Source of the DNA: Bugula neritina
Lineage: Eukaryota > Animalia > Bryozoa
DNA length: 64,000 nt
Assembly: GCA_964035545.1 (NCBI GenBank)
Contig: OZ037773.1
Coordinates: 7,717,751-7,781,750 of the forward strand
Direction: 5' to 3'
The notes beneath the pieces were generated by a model that ran no database searches, was not told the DNA's origin, and was given only the letters and a program-made list of their open reading frames with translations. The translations under genes and the position numbers were made by a program. This document shows, one piece after another, positions 37,554 through 50,000 of the stretch; the first letter of the stretch is position 1; each line of letters starts with the position of its first letter.

Positions 37554-39366
37554 TATATCAAAGCACCTCTTATATTTATCAGATCAACAACGTGAAGATG
37601 GCATTCAATGTGTGTATGGGAGGACAGCACCTGGAGCTGAGAACTGTGACCAAGTGTCAGCAGGTGATCAGGAATTCTCTCAAACAGTGAGTAGATGATT
37701 CAACTGCAGCTGACCTCCTGACCTTGTGCTGCCTCTTTCTGACCTGGTCTAGCTTCTGGCCCAACTTCTGGTCCAACTTCTGATCCAGCTTGTACCAACT
37801 ATCAAACTATTGACCATCCTTAGCTGTGTTGTTAAATTTAAATTAATGCGTACGACTGACAGGATACCTGGTATGACAATTTCAATTATGATTTGCAAAT
37901 ACTGATTTCTGGTTGCTAATCGTTTCAATCAAGTGAAGCTTTTCACTTGTGGAGTGTTTTATTGGCCCCCATCTTTTTTATAATTTCCTTACAGCCCTTC
38001 TACAATTCCTATATAATTCATCTACTACTCCTCTATAAGTTAGTCTACAACTCTTCTACAAACTCCTCTACAAGTTAGTCTACAACCCCTCTACAACAGA
38101 CACTGACATGTCATACATTGTGTGCTTCAGATTACTCAACAAGAAGCGGGAGGGTATGGAGAAGGTGTTCTCCCCAGATAGAATGAAATGGCGGCAGCTG
38201 CCAGACTCTGAGTTGCTGTCTCATGAACTTCACTCGACAATGGCTGACCAGGTAGGCAGGACCTATCTCCCCCTCCCTGCTATCACGCTCTGTCTATCTT
38301 ACTAACTAGTGTAGTGTGGCGGTTTATATGTTACCTCAGTCACCATGTGGTCTTCTTTCATTCTTCTCACCTGTCTATCTCTGTCTTAGCTTCTGGTAAC
38401 TGTGATATACTATGCTGTAGTTTCATTTTATGTATTACTATTATATATTACCATGTTATATATTACTATGCTATATATATATTACCATGTTATATATTAC
38501 TATGCTATATATTACCATGTTATATATTACTATGCTATATATATATTACCATGTTATATATTACTATGCTATATATATTACCATGTTATATATTACTATG
38601 CTATATATATATTACCATGTTATATATTACTATGCTATATATATATTACCATGTTATATATTACTATGCTATATATATTACCATGTTATATATTACTATG
38701 CTATATATATTACCATGTTATATATTACTATGCTATATATATTACCATGTTATATATTAATATGCTATATATATTACCATGTTATATATTACCATGCTAT
38801 GTTGTAGGCTCACCTGTACAGACTAGTTAGTGTGCCACTCCTGGAAGGTAGCCAACAACTCAGCTCAGAGGAGGCCAAACAGAACAGCAGAATAGAGTTC
38901 CTGAAGGAACACTGCAAGAGTCTCACCAAGTTTGCCTGTGGGCCAAGAAAGTATGTAATATATTATATTACTATATTATATTACTATATTATATTACTAT
39001 AATATATTACTATATTATATTGTGTCATATTATCACCATACTGTGCTATTATATTATATTATACCATATTTCGCTATATCACATTATATTATAACACATT
39101 ATATATTATTACACATTATATATTATTACACATTATAACTCATTGTAACATATTATAGCACATTTTGTTATATTACATTATATTATAGCGTATTGTAACA
39201 TTATATTATTGCCCATTATGCTATATTACATGATTGCAGTGTATATGGAAATGTAAAGCCACCACCCTGTGAACTGTGTAACGTGTGCTTTGAATCTATC
39301 GAGGAGTTGCAAGCCCACATCGGGTCTCGACTACACCGTACCCACGAGTATAGACTCTACAACTAG
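21211..39366 (+). CDS. TDRD9: ATP-dependent RNA helicase TDRD9 / spindle-E (DExH helicase, HA2, Tudor, C-terminal zinc finger), about 1472 aa, 26 coding exons
   Basis: Exons: 21211-21431, 21652-21745, 22417-22599, 22753-23100, 23295-23540, 24178-24340, 24477-24683, 25356-25579, 25669-25893, 26074-26253, 26358-26579, 26890-27107, 27533-27733, 28174-28270, 28428-28538, 29750-29938, 30299-30428, 30810-30922, 32335-32540, 33813-33891, 34035-34162, 37174-37312, 37583-37686, 38131-38251, 38808-38950, 39240-39366. Total 4419 nt, phases consistent. Helicase motifs [19 protein letters not shown]|[22 protein letters not shown] and QRMGRAGR; Tudor YFRAK...VYFVDYGN; Spn-E-type GPFSPIE and [22 protein letters not shown] at 39622. 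The first two exons are the least certain. Confidence 0.95.
21586..21599. promoter_or_regulatory. Perfect palindromic RFX X-box GTTGCTATAGCAAC
   Basis: 14-bp palindrome of X-box form in the first intron within the TDRD9 CDS. Confidence 0.55.
22316..22440 (+). repeat. 43-bp tandem triplication containing a 3' splice site and the exon start
   Basis: Three copies of tacatctattattag|agtatRRatgaYacagcYacagt, with AG ending at 22330, 22373 and 22416. Confidence 0.92.
26586..26875. repeat. 15-bp minisatellite (TAGTAGTYAGTRTAC), about 19 copies, filling TDRD9 intron 11
   Basis: Occupies nearly all of the 310-nt intron 26580-26889. Confidence 0.97.
27866..27925. repeat. (CA)n/(CG) microsatellite
   Basis: Seen directly. 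Confidence 0.9.
28545..28978. repeat. TACTCTG / TACTTACTCTG compound minisatellite starting right after a donor site
   Basis: 7-bp and 11-bp units interleaved, beginning a few nt after gtgagt at 28539. Confidence 0.95.
30080..30278. repeat. Degenerate ~30-bp tandem repeat (ttttgttcaatatataatttggt) before an acceptor
   Basis: About 6-7 imperfect copies ending about 20 nt before the acceptor at 30298. Confidence 0.75.
32547..33019. repeat. 21-bp minisatellite (tatactctgtatattatactc), about 22 copies, right after a donor
   Basis: Starts just after gtatgt at 32541. Confidence 0.97.
34829..34972. repeat. GC-rich 42-bp tandem repeat with alternating A/B variants (84-bp higher-order unit)
   Basis: gggccagcttggactaggttgccattgtggtctgatactgcc and its variant, about 3.5 copies. 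Confidence 0.9.
36955..37168. repeat. 15-bp minisatellite (RGTACTATTACTATG) running into an acceptor
   Basis: About 14 copies ending at ...agtattattgcag| (37173). A separate 21-bp repeat of about 3.5 copies lies at about 36850-36925. Confidence 0.95.
37443..37552. repeat. (TA)n microsatellite before an acceptor
   Basis: Seen directly. Confidence 0.97.
38442..38800. repeat. ~31-35-bp minisatellite (tattaccatgttatatattactatgctatata) running into an acceptor
   Basis: About 11 copies ending at ...gctatgttgtag| (38807). Confidence 0.95.
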
Positions 39367-40166
39367 AAACTCTCCTGCCACTTGCTTAGCCTCAGTACCT
39401 GCCCCACACTCACTGAAGTTATCCTCTCTAGTCAGAAATGTATTTTAGTTATATATTTTTGTAGTCTATGCTGGAGCTTTTGCCTGGATGACATATCTCA
39501 AATAATTATGTCTTTAGTATAATTATTGTAGCATGCATTTTGCAGTATGTCCCATTCTGTATTATATTACAATGAAAACTTATATATATGCTTTGCACAA
39601 AACTCTGTTATCCAAGCATAAAATAAATTTGTAAATAGCCGATACATATTTCTTAAGTTTGTCTCTTGTATAACCATGTCATGATTAATGTCTGAAACAT
39701 TTATTGTTACTTCCCAACAGGTAATTTATTTAAATAAAACATTACATAAAACTATGCAAATTATTTGTTTGCTGTAGCCAATAAAATGATTCCAAAGTGA
39801 AGATATCAGTGTCTTTTGAAATTACATCTCAGTGAGCAGCTTTTCACCAGTAGTTGAGCTCACAATATGTCTTTTGGGCTTTACCATATTTTACATCCTC
39901 CCATAATCATTGAGCTTCAAACATCTACAGTAGTTACAGTTCATTACCTGCTAGCATCACACATCCTCGTTAACTCTTATTCATGTATGGGAATGGGTGA
40001 CATCTAGTGACCCAGCATATCATCCATGAAACATGACACACGTATTACCTCAAACCAAACTTCCTTTCACCAACACCAGGGTTAACAAGTTTGCAGGAAA
40101 AATATTTTATTCTCTGTAACAGCTCGAGTTGTACCAGGAAGAGAACAAAATAATTTGCATTGCTGT

Positions 40167-40428
40167 GTCACGTGACTGCAGAAGCTATAAGCATAACAAG
40201 CTGGCTTATTTTTATTTGTCCCATAACACAACACTTGAGAGTACTGAAACATCATTCAGATTCATTAATTCATTGATGATTTGACTACTCTAATTGCTAA
40301 TTTACTTCAACCATTGGTTGCCAGTGATATTCACAGCCTAGCCCATGCATCTCTGGCAATGTCACCCCTCATTTACACCCTATGATACCAACAAGTAACC
40401 ATGGTAACAGGTGACTGGGTCACGTGAC
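40167..40428. promoter_or_regulatory. Regulatory cluster: two perfect CLEAR/E-box palindromes and an RFX X-box upstream of the Reeler gene
   Basis: GTCACGTGAC at 40167-40176 and 40419-40428; GTAACCATGGTAAC at 40395-40408. Confidence 0.65.
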
Positions 40429-40572
40429 TTAGCACTGCGTATATATTATGTAATCATTGGTTTGCCAGTGCAGATCTGTCTTGTATCATAGCCATATGGT
40501 AGCTTATATATATGTATATACAATAATTTAGCAAAACATAAAGGACAGATAGCATTAGTTTCTTGACATAGT

Positions 40573-43500
40573 ATGGAGCGACTACAGATAGGGTCGGGGA
40601 AGTTATGTAGCAGAGCTTTAGTACTTCTACATCTACTATATTTTGTGCTAAGTTTTTCGTTGGGACCACCAGATGAAGCCTGCATAACCAGAACACCAAA
40701 CCACGCCACTGCGGAGGCACAGACTACAGACTGCCCCTATAGAATTGAGGCTCACAATTGGATCCCAGGTGTTGGTACAGACAGTAAGTTCCATCAAAAT
40801 TCTACTTTATTACAGAAAGAAAAAATTGTGTGGATATAAAGCATAGCATAATTCGTAAAACTTGACAGTAAATATCCTAGACTGCCCCTATGTTGATATC
40901 GAAACTTACCCTAATTGTACTAACTTTATTCTAGTGCATAAATATTTGCACCAGACAATAAAGATTATAGATATAATGTAGTGTAGCTATAAACAAACAA
41001 TGAGACATAGTTAATAATTTATAGTAAAAATTTCAACCTGGCACAATAACAGTTAAGGTTGTGGTAACAAAATAGCAATAATAATATGTTATATAACAAT
41101 CAGGATATAATCTCTGCTTAACACTTTTATTGCTTATTCAGTTGTATACCCAGTTTTTCAAAATAATAACACAGGTAAGGGTGGGTGAACTGACCTTCCC
41201 ATGTTGAAAGGAACGAAATTAGTTTTATTTTCAACTCCAACTTTAGATAAATTATACAACTCTCAGCTTTTTCAAAACATATACATCTTTCTCTCTACTT
41301 TGTTTTCTCTAGTGAGAAATGTATTATACATATTTTACAATATAGTATATCATTCTAATATAATAATATAATGTGTCATTCATTTAGTTTATTGTTATGG
41401 TTATATATCTGAACAAGCTATCTTACATATGATATACGCTATAATTAGAAATATAAGTTGACTTAGGAAAGTTTTTTCACCTAACTTTAAAAACATCTGA
41501 TGAAGATTTAATGGAGAAGAACAAACATTGTTGGAAAGGAAATGTGGCATTGTGCTAACATGTAGGTTAGAAAGTTTCAAGTAACTTGTATATTCAGTTG
41601 AAGGGAAAAGGATATAGTTTGAATAGAAGGAACTACTGAATATATATATGTTTCCTTTTTCCTTCCATATAAACTAAAACTGCAGGACTTCATATCAATT
41701 CAAACAACAGTCCATTGTAGTTTGCAGTACTTTGTTCCGTGAAATACGAATTGCACAGCTTCTAATAACCGGTTTCATAATGTAATGATGACAAAGATTC
41801 TTCATATTAATATATTGAGCTATAAAAATTTTGACTCCAGTCGTTTCTCACTACAGCCATGAACTTTTTCAGAACAATAAATCAGAAAATCTTGAGACGC
41901 TGCTAATTTCTGATGTCATATCACTTGAATATAGTTATTGGAATATTATTTGTGCTTTTATAGCACATTGAATAGAGTAGACAACTCTTGTCATTGGCAA
42001 CATACCATTTATATACATGTTATATATAGTATTAGCAGGTTTTCTAATCCCGTCAGTTAACTATTAATTAGAATAATTCCCAAAGTCTATAACCTAAAAA
42101 CTAACGCCTTTTCAAGGAGTTATTAATACCGAAGCTATGGTCTCTATTAGTTTTTGTTGAATTAATTATTATAATTTTCTAAGTTGAGCCAGTTTTTAAA
42201 ACAGAAGGTGATAAAATTAAATGTTACTACTATGCGTGAATATGCACAGTAGATTGAATATTATAACTAATGGCAAGCATTATAAAGTAGGTGGTGATGC
42301 TTTATGCATATGACTGATGAGGTAGTCAACGTGTGGGTGGAGAGTTGAGTTATGGTCTATAAATACAATTTGAACTCTTTACGCAGTTTGTTTTCTAACT
42401 GGAAAGATAGTGGGAGGCAGGTTTAGCTTTTAGCACTCCTCTACGTCTTACAGTATCATACAGTTAGGCATGTTGAACAGCGGTAAAGTAGCAAACCATT
42501 AAAGGAAATACATAAAATAATTTTGGGCTTTGTGTAAGGCCCTATACATGTTTGTATACATTATAAGTTAGTGTGAGATATGTTTTGCTGGTAGACTAAT
42601 TTCTAGCTATAAATAATAGATGTTAGGTAGGACAGGGTCTTGACTGCCCCTGTGCCACAGCTCAACATTCCTCAGGCTATGTAGCCTATATCTAAAAACT
42701 ATTATTATTAAACTCTTTCAATAACTGCAGAACAAGCATGAGTTTGCAAGCTTAAGCTTAAGATCATATTACTATGTGCAACAGTATCACAATGTGATTA
42801 CAGTTATCAAATTGCGGATTATAGTAAATAGCATAAATATAATTGTGTGATGCAATAAAATAGCGACAAGATTTGTATATTTTTTACTAGTTGATGGTAA
42901 TCATCAGTAATGCATATACAACTATAATTATATGTAGGCTGGGGGCCACATCTATCCCTGGGGGCGATGCTGCGGACAGCCCTGCACTATAATTATATGA
43001 ACATGTCGTAGTAAGATTGTACCTAATATTGACCAATAAATCTCCTCTTCTACATAATTAAAATGCACCTTTGGCATTTCACGTATACAAACGTTTGAAA
43101 AAGCTTTATTGGTGTGAAAATTTAACTTGGTCAAATAATCTCCCTCAACTCAGCTCAAACCAGTACCATTGGTAAGGAATGAGGTCTTTTAGACAGCTAG
43201 TGTTTGTTTGTTTGTCTCTGGAATAATAAAATAGAATTGTGATTAAAACCACTAGATAGGGTTTGTCTAAGTAGTCAAATAATATAATATACAAACTATA
43301 GCAGAACCATAGTTTATTGTTGAACTGCCATTAATTCTTTTATTGCCAATAAATCAATCATCTTTAATAATTTGTTAGCTGAATTATTCACCAGAGATTA
43401 TTGGCTTTGAGGTGACGATTTCCAAAAGCTAAAACCTGCAGCAAATAAGTATTTGATTAAGATTACAAGATTAAACAAAAATTCGAAGCTTCGAGCAGCT

Positions 43501-45423
43501 TTGTCATTAACAGTATCCGCCTCTGGTTTTATAATAATATATTCCAACAGCCACTGTATTGCATTGAGCTTTAACATATTAGGAGTATAACTAGAATATG
43601 CAAGTAACGCAATGTGTAGCTATGGCAGCTTAACGATTGATCTATGGATAATGATATAAATAGATCTAAAACTAGTTTATTTCTATTCGCTGCAAAAAAC
43701 AAACTTAAATCTTAAAACTTTGTGCAAAACATTACAAAATATATTCAATGCATATTTGGGACAAAACTATAACTTCAATTCTGGACAGTGATGCTTTCTC
43801 AACTCCACATAGCATTAACTGGTTGTTGGTTTGTGTATTGTGTAGTGATTCTGCAAGAAGAAGGAAACGGCACATTTAAAGGATTCCTGCTCTCCGTACA
43901 GCACCCTAACGGCATGCTCCTTGGCTCCATGAGCTCTGAGCTAGTCTCTCCTTCAGATGCTAAGGTTGGGGAGGCTTGCATGGGCACCTCAATGAGCCAC
44001 AAAGATCCCAAACCCAAGAACTATGTTGTACTGAAGTGGAAGGCCCCTGATGACTTGGATGTCAATGTAAAAGTAATCATAAGGTAAGACCTTGCTTCAT
44101 TTATTGACTATAAGTTGGTGTAATTCACATATATAATTTACCACATGTGTATGCATCATAGAGTTTAAATAAATATCCCCAAAAACATTAAACATGCAAG
44201 TAATAACATTACTATAATAGCAACTACCAACAGCATTACTCTAGAGTCTAGCCATTTAGTTCAGTAGCTAGTTTGAAAGAGTACTACAAACAAATATAAT
44301 ATTTAGTAATATTTAGTATCAATTGTGATTTAACATGCTATAACAATGTAGTAATTAACAATTAACACAAACACAGAGGATGAAAATATTATTTGCTATG
44401 AATATTTGTTAATACAAAGTACTGTTTGCAAAAGTTTTTTTTTTTTCTACATTATATTATGCATTTTTGTGTAAATCATTTTTACTTAGAGATTTTTAGA
44501 GGCTGTAAGTTAAAGAGCAGCTTTTAAACTTCAATTTTGCTGTATGACTGTAGAACTGCAAGACTACAATATTTGCATAGACGTCTGATTATTTTATTTG
44601 CAGGTTGACAGTTGTTGAAGAATTCACTACTTTCTATGTAGACTGCAACCCTTTTTACTTGGAAGTAGATCCTTCTTATCTGACGGCTACTACATCAACT
44701 ACAGCACCTACAACATCTACTACAGTACCTGCAACAACTACTACCACAACTGCTAGACCAACTACCACACCAAGTACTACTACTACCACAACTACTAGAC
44801 CAACTACTACACCAACTACTACTACTACTACTACCACAACTACAAGACCAACTACTACCACAACTACTACTACCACAACTACTACACCAAAAACAACTAC
44901 TACAACAACTACCACACCAACTACTACTAGACCAACAACAACTACTACCACAACTACTACACCACCAACAACTACTACCACAACTGCTAAGGCTTCTGTA
45001 GCAAAAACTTCCACACGAATGACAACAACCACTCCCCGACCAACAACAACTGTAAGAAGACAACCGAGCACCACTCTAAGGGCAGAAGTTTATCCTAAAT
45101 CTACATCTACAATGAGATCTACAACTAGAAGACTTACTTCAACAATGAAAATAGTAACTCCTAGAGCTACAATATCAAGAGAGATCATTGAGAATGCAGA
45201 AGACCAAGACTATTTTACTAAAAGAGCAAACTTGAAGCATGACATATTATCGGACACGGAATGCATGGAGAATGGTAACTTCTTTAGAGTTGTACCAGAT
45301 ACTCAGTGTAAGAAATACTCCCAGAATACAGTGCATGTAGTGCAGTGCCCGAATCCGCTGGTATTTGACCCGGTGCAGTGTTCGTGTAACTGGCCATCCC
45401 AGTCTCCACCTTGTCAGATCTAG
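40573..45423 (+). CDS. Secreted Reeler-domain + Thr-rich mucin + chitin-binding (CBM14/peritrophin-A-like) protein, 422 aa, 3 coding exons
   Basis: Exons 40573-40783, 43846-44083 and 44604-45423 (phases 1 and 2; 1269 nt). Hydrophobic signal ALVLLHLLYFVLS; Reeler motifs GPPDEAC..RTPNH, FKGFLL, MSH..K..VLKWKAP and TVVEEFTTFY; Thr/Pro stalk about 44683-45170; C-terminal CPNPLVFDPVQCSCNWP. Confidence 0.88.
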
Positions 45424-45493
45424 ACTCAGCTCAGAAATGTGACTTCTGTGGAGCTCTATATCATGCTTGGCAATCACCAAATTAGTTTACAAT

Positions 45494-45573
45494 GTGTGCG
45501 TGCGTTGTGCGTGCGTTGTGCGCGTGTGTGCGTGTGTGTGTGTGTGCGTGAGTGAGTGTGTGTGTGAGTGAGT
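45494..45573. repeat. (GT)n/(GTGC)/(GTGA) microsatellite in the 3'UTR
   Basis: Seen directly. Confidence 0.9.
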
Positions 45574-47046
45574 GAAAATCAATTTTGCTTTATAATCATG
45601 TATGTGTTAGAGGTGTCTTCAAGCAAGAATATAATTTGTAGAATTTCCTTTTTTCCGTTTGTTTATGAAGTTCCATAGAATTATGTCTATGATAACATTA
45701 GCCAGTTGACACCCTGGAAAATCTCTAATTATGTAAGACATAAGTTTAATTTTGTTATATATTTTGCCTGATTATGTTTACTAATACATATATGATTGCT
45801 TAAAACAATATATGTTTATGGGTACATATGTATATATGATGCATTATATTATTGGGTATATTATGTGCATATAGTTAGAGGAATTATACAAGAAAAAAGT
45901 AGCCACTAATTTTTGCCATTAATTAACAACACATTATTTATAGTTTTATTTTAGAATCATCATATATTCAAAACTAATTTTCAATAAAGTTCTACTCTAG
46001 TTTTTTTACCTTATATCTCCTTCATCACTCAATGTTTACAATATTTACATTTATTTACAACTATTTTGCCGAATTATTAAAACTCCGAAATTTTAATCCT
46101 CACACTAATGGGGAATCGCAACACCAAAATAATTACCAGTTTATCATTCATTTAAATATCAGAAATTTGAGTAGGTTTTGAATGAAATAAATCACAATGC
46201 TTTTAGGGTTCTTTATGAAATTAAATAATATCATCAATTAGCCGTTGGCTGATGAGCTGTTTCACATGGAAGATATTTTTAAGTTAAGGGTTGTCCTTTC
46301 GAAATGCATTTGCCACTTGCAACACAACTCTCACTGCACTTACAAACTAATGTTTACAGGACAAAAAATAGAAATAGAAATTATAAATAATCGATGTTAT
46401 TAATTGTTTAAAGTTTGTTTATTTTAGCTTACATTCAGTGCACATAAAAACCCTGAGGCAAGTGGAATATGCCAGAATATTTAGCGTAGAGAATGTTATA
46501 CAACATAATTTAAATACTAGTGTATGTCAAAATGAAGATACTAATAAATAATAGAACAAAATAATAAATTTAATAGTACAGAAAAAAACGCTAAGTAATA
46601 ATTAAACATAAATTTTGAATTTATAGAAATAATTTTGAAAACTGAGAAAGGTAACATACTAATAACTGTGAAATAAACCAAGTGAATAAGATTGAGTGTT
46701 TTAGTAAACCAATTCTATGAAATCTGAGTATACTGTACAATATATAGCAGGTAAAATAAAATTAACAATGTAAAAGGAAGAACATATACCTGCATTATAA
46801 TAACTAGTCAAAAGAAGGTAACTCCCAATTATTAAAACGCATTATGGCTAGAGTGACAGGCATATAACTGTCTATTACTATAAGAAAACTTTCGACTTTA
46901 TATGCATGACTTTCAAATCTTCATAAAATATTTCAACAGAGGAATTAAAGGTGACTTGGCGGAGAGATCAAAGTTAAAGTAAGAGAATACAACTATTAAA
47001 CGTAGACTAAATATACATCACACAGCCTACAGCGAAAGACCTCAGT

Positions 47047-50000
47047 CTATCTACGACTTCCTTTCTTAAGCATAGTTGGCTTAGCCTTAATATCTTTACA
47101 CTTTGGAATGTGGCGTTCAGCCGCCGTCTCATTAAACTTGCGACTGCAATGAGGGCACTGGATATAGTCTGAGTTATCAGTCTTAGGAGGAGGGGCAAGG
47201 TCGGCTATGTTCCCGCCTTTAGCTTCGACTGCTGAGGCCATCTTAGCATAGCGTATAGTAGCAATGAATTCATTATGTTTTGCTCTCCAGTCTTTCTTCT
47301 TCGCCTACAAGTAATCATTACAATTAATATAACTACATGACCATATAAATGGTGGAGTATCATCATTCGGGCAAATTAGTCATAAATTGACACTCTTAAT
47401 AGTTGTATGATGGACCATAGACTTATCTTACAAAAAGCTTCCCAACTAAACGTTGAAACTGATTATTTAGCTAAAAGACCTAAACTTTCCTTTGAAATTC
47501 ATTTATAGGTTTACATTTGCTGTTTGCCAACTAAATGTAACAATGTTCCTGCCTACTCGATCAGGACCCGACAGTGAAAGGTGACCAACTAGATGTAACA
47601 ATGACTCACCTTAGCTGGGTTCTTGGTTTCCTGTTTCACCTTGTATTGGTACTTCTCGGCCCCCGAGCCGGCTATTCGGTGAGACGTCATGTTGTACTGT
47701 TTCCTTGGCTTGCTCACCTTTTTACACGCTTTCTGGTGCTTACTCAGCCTGTCAACTGCAAACTTTCTACCACAATTAGCACAAGGGGACAACTCCATAT
47801 CCAAACCTAAAACATCAGAATACCCGTATGAGGTATTACAGCATTCAACAAGCAGTGTTTGGAGTTGTCAGCACACGGCAAGTATTGTTGGTAGAAAAAG
47901 ATTTGTAGCCTTGTTCTAGATTTAGTTTATATAGGAAGTAATATGGCGATTCCTTTCAAACTATTTTTAAATTAACGCTCTTGCAAAGCAGTAAACATGG
48001 TTGTTGAAAATTGTCATGAACTTAGAGTTATGGCCCCGCGTCACACTGCTATGTAGAATACCACACACTATGATATTATTATATGTCTCCCAGCTTTATG
48101 GAAGTGAATTAAAAACCAGCTTTTTATTGAAGTGTACTTCACTGTCAATACGCACACATATAAGCAGAAGAGTGTATTTGACTATGGAGGCAGGAGGATT
48201 ATGGGATATGTTTACCTTGTAGCTAATATAAAACTGATAGCAAAAGCAGAGGTTGCATGGCACAGTATTGACTGCCACAGAACTCCAATGGTTACCAAAT
48301 GACAACCATAATCAATAGCAATTAGTTAGTAAGAAAACTCTAAGGGGTGCCAATGCAGCAGCAGCAGCAGCAGCAGACACTGGCTCACCTGCGCCATCGG
48401 TGACGAAAGGTAATTCAGCACTATTATTAGCATTGATAGGCATGCTGTTTTCTCTGGACACTTTGAAGGTGGTGTTGAGTTCATGAGTCTTAGACTTAGA
48501 CTGAGTTGGTACGGGTGAATAGCCTCTGTCATTGTGATGGGAAGGGTCTGTGTGAGTGCCCGTATTTTCTCTAAGTCTCTGTCGAGATTTCGAGTCTTTT
48601 CTAATGACCTGATAACAAACAACAACTTATTTTATATAAAACATTTCACCCAGTATTTCACTCCGAAAAGAAAAGACAAGCAAAAATTTAACATTTCAAG
48701 CCCTACATATATACATTAAATTATGGTAAGCTGACGTGAATAAAAATACTAAAAATTATCTTAGACTTTGACACACACGCCTTCATTTTCTAGCTAGTAG
48801 CCTATTCTTAAATAAAACAACTACAGTCATTAAGAGTGTTTTGTTATAAAATTCGGAAAAGTTCATTATAAGTCTAAATTTTTACCACGTTTGGTAGTCA
48901 ATATAAATACGAATAATACTACCGAATATGTTTAATACTACTTGACATGTAATATGACTTGATATACAATATCACTTGATTTACAATATTACTTGATATA
49001 AAATATGACTTGGTATATAATATGACTTGATATATATAATATTACTTGATATAAAATATGACTTGATATACAATATTACTTGGTATAAAATATTACTTGG
49101 TATATAATATGACTTGATATATATAATATTACCTTCTTAGCTTTCACCGGGAACACAGAGCTGCTTTCACTCCGATGTGACAGCTGACTGGGCTGCTGGT
49201 TCCTGATTGGCTTAGATATAGCCTCAGATCTACTGCTAGGAGGTATGTACGAGTCGGGAGTGTTTAGATCCCTCTCCTTAGGCTTCCTTTTCTTTATATC
49301 AGCTAAATCCTTCTGCTTTTCCTTTAGTCTCTCCTCTAGCTGTCGGATTATTTCTTCCTGTTCCTTTAATGTTGATATATAGGAAACCAGATTATTTTCT
49401 ACAGCTAGGTAACCTTAGTACATGCTACTGTAACACCTCTACTACATGCTACTGTAACACCTCTACTACATGCCACTGTAACACTTCTACTATCTTACTG
49501 TATGCTACTGTAACACCTCTACTACATGCCACTGTAACACCTCTACTATCTTACTGTATGCTACTGTAACACCTCTACTACATGCCACTGTAACACCTCT
49601 ACTACATGCCACTGTAACACTTCTACTATCTTACTACATGCTACTGTAACACCTCTAGTATCTTAGTACACACTACTGTAACACTTCTACTATCTTACTG
49701 TATGCCAGTGTAACACTTCTAGTATTTTAGTACACACTACTGTAACACTTCTACTATCTCACCTCTTCTTCTGCTAGCTCAGCCTCTTTCTGGCGTCTTA
49801 GATCGTCTGCAAGCTCTTTCTGACGTCTCTCAGACTCTTCCCGTCTCCGTCGTCCACGCTCCGCCTGCTCCCGTCTTTTCTCTTCTTGACGTTGTCTGAT
49901 GAGAGTTTTTTTCTGTCGCTCAGCTTCCTGTCTCTGAGCCTCAGCAGTTCGGTGGTCCATCTCTTCCTGGTTTCTTTGTTGGAGGAAGCCATTTTGTTCC

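Noticed and set aside
26575-38830. Long repetitive ORFs (ILTTS, VVSIL, LYSVL, YYTLYSV, ITMGT, YITML)
   Set aside because: Intronic minisatellites read through from real exon ends.
44676-45074. Val-rich and Cys/Ser-rich antisense ORFs
   Set aside because: Reverse-strand shadows of the ACN-codon mucin stalk.
28130-46275. CTGATGA motifs (about 28132, 42314, 46249) as hammerhead ribozyme cores or snoRNA C boxes
   Set aside because: I found no stem II plus GAAA, or D box with a terminal stem, at suitable spacing.
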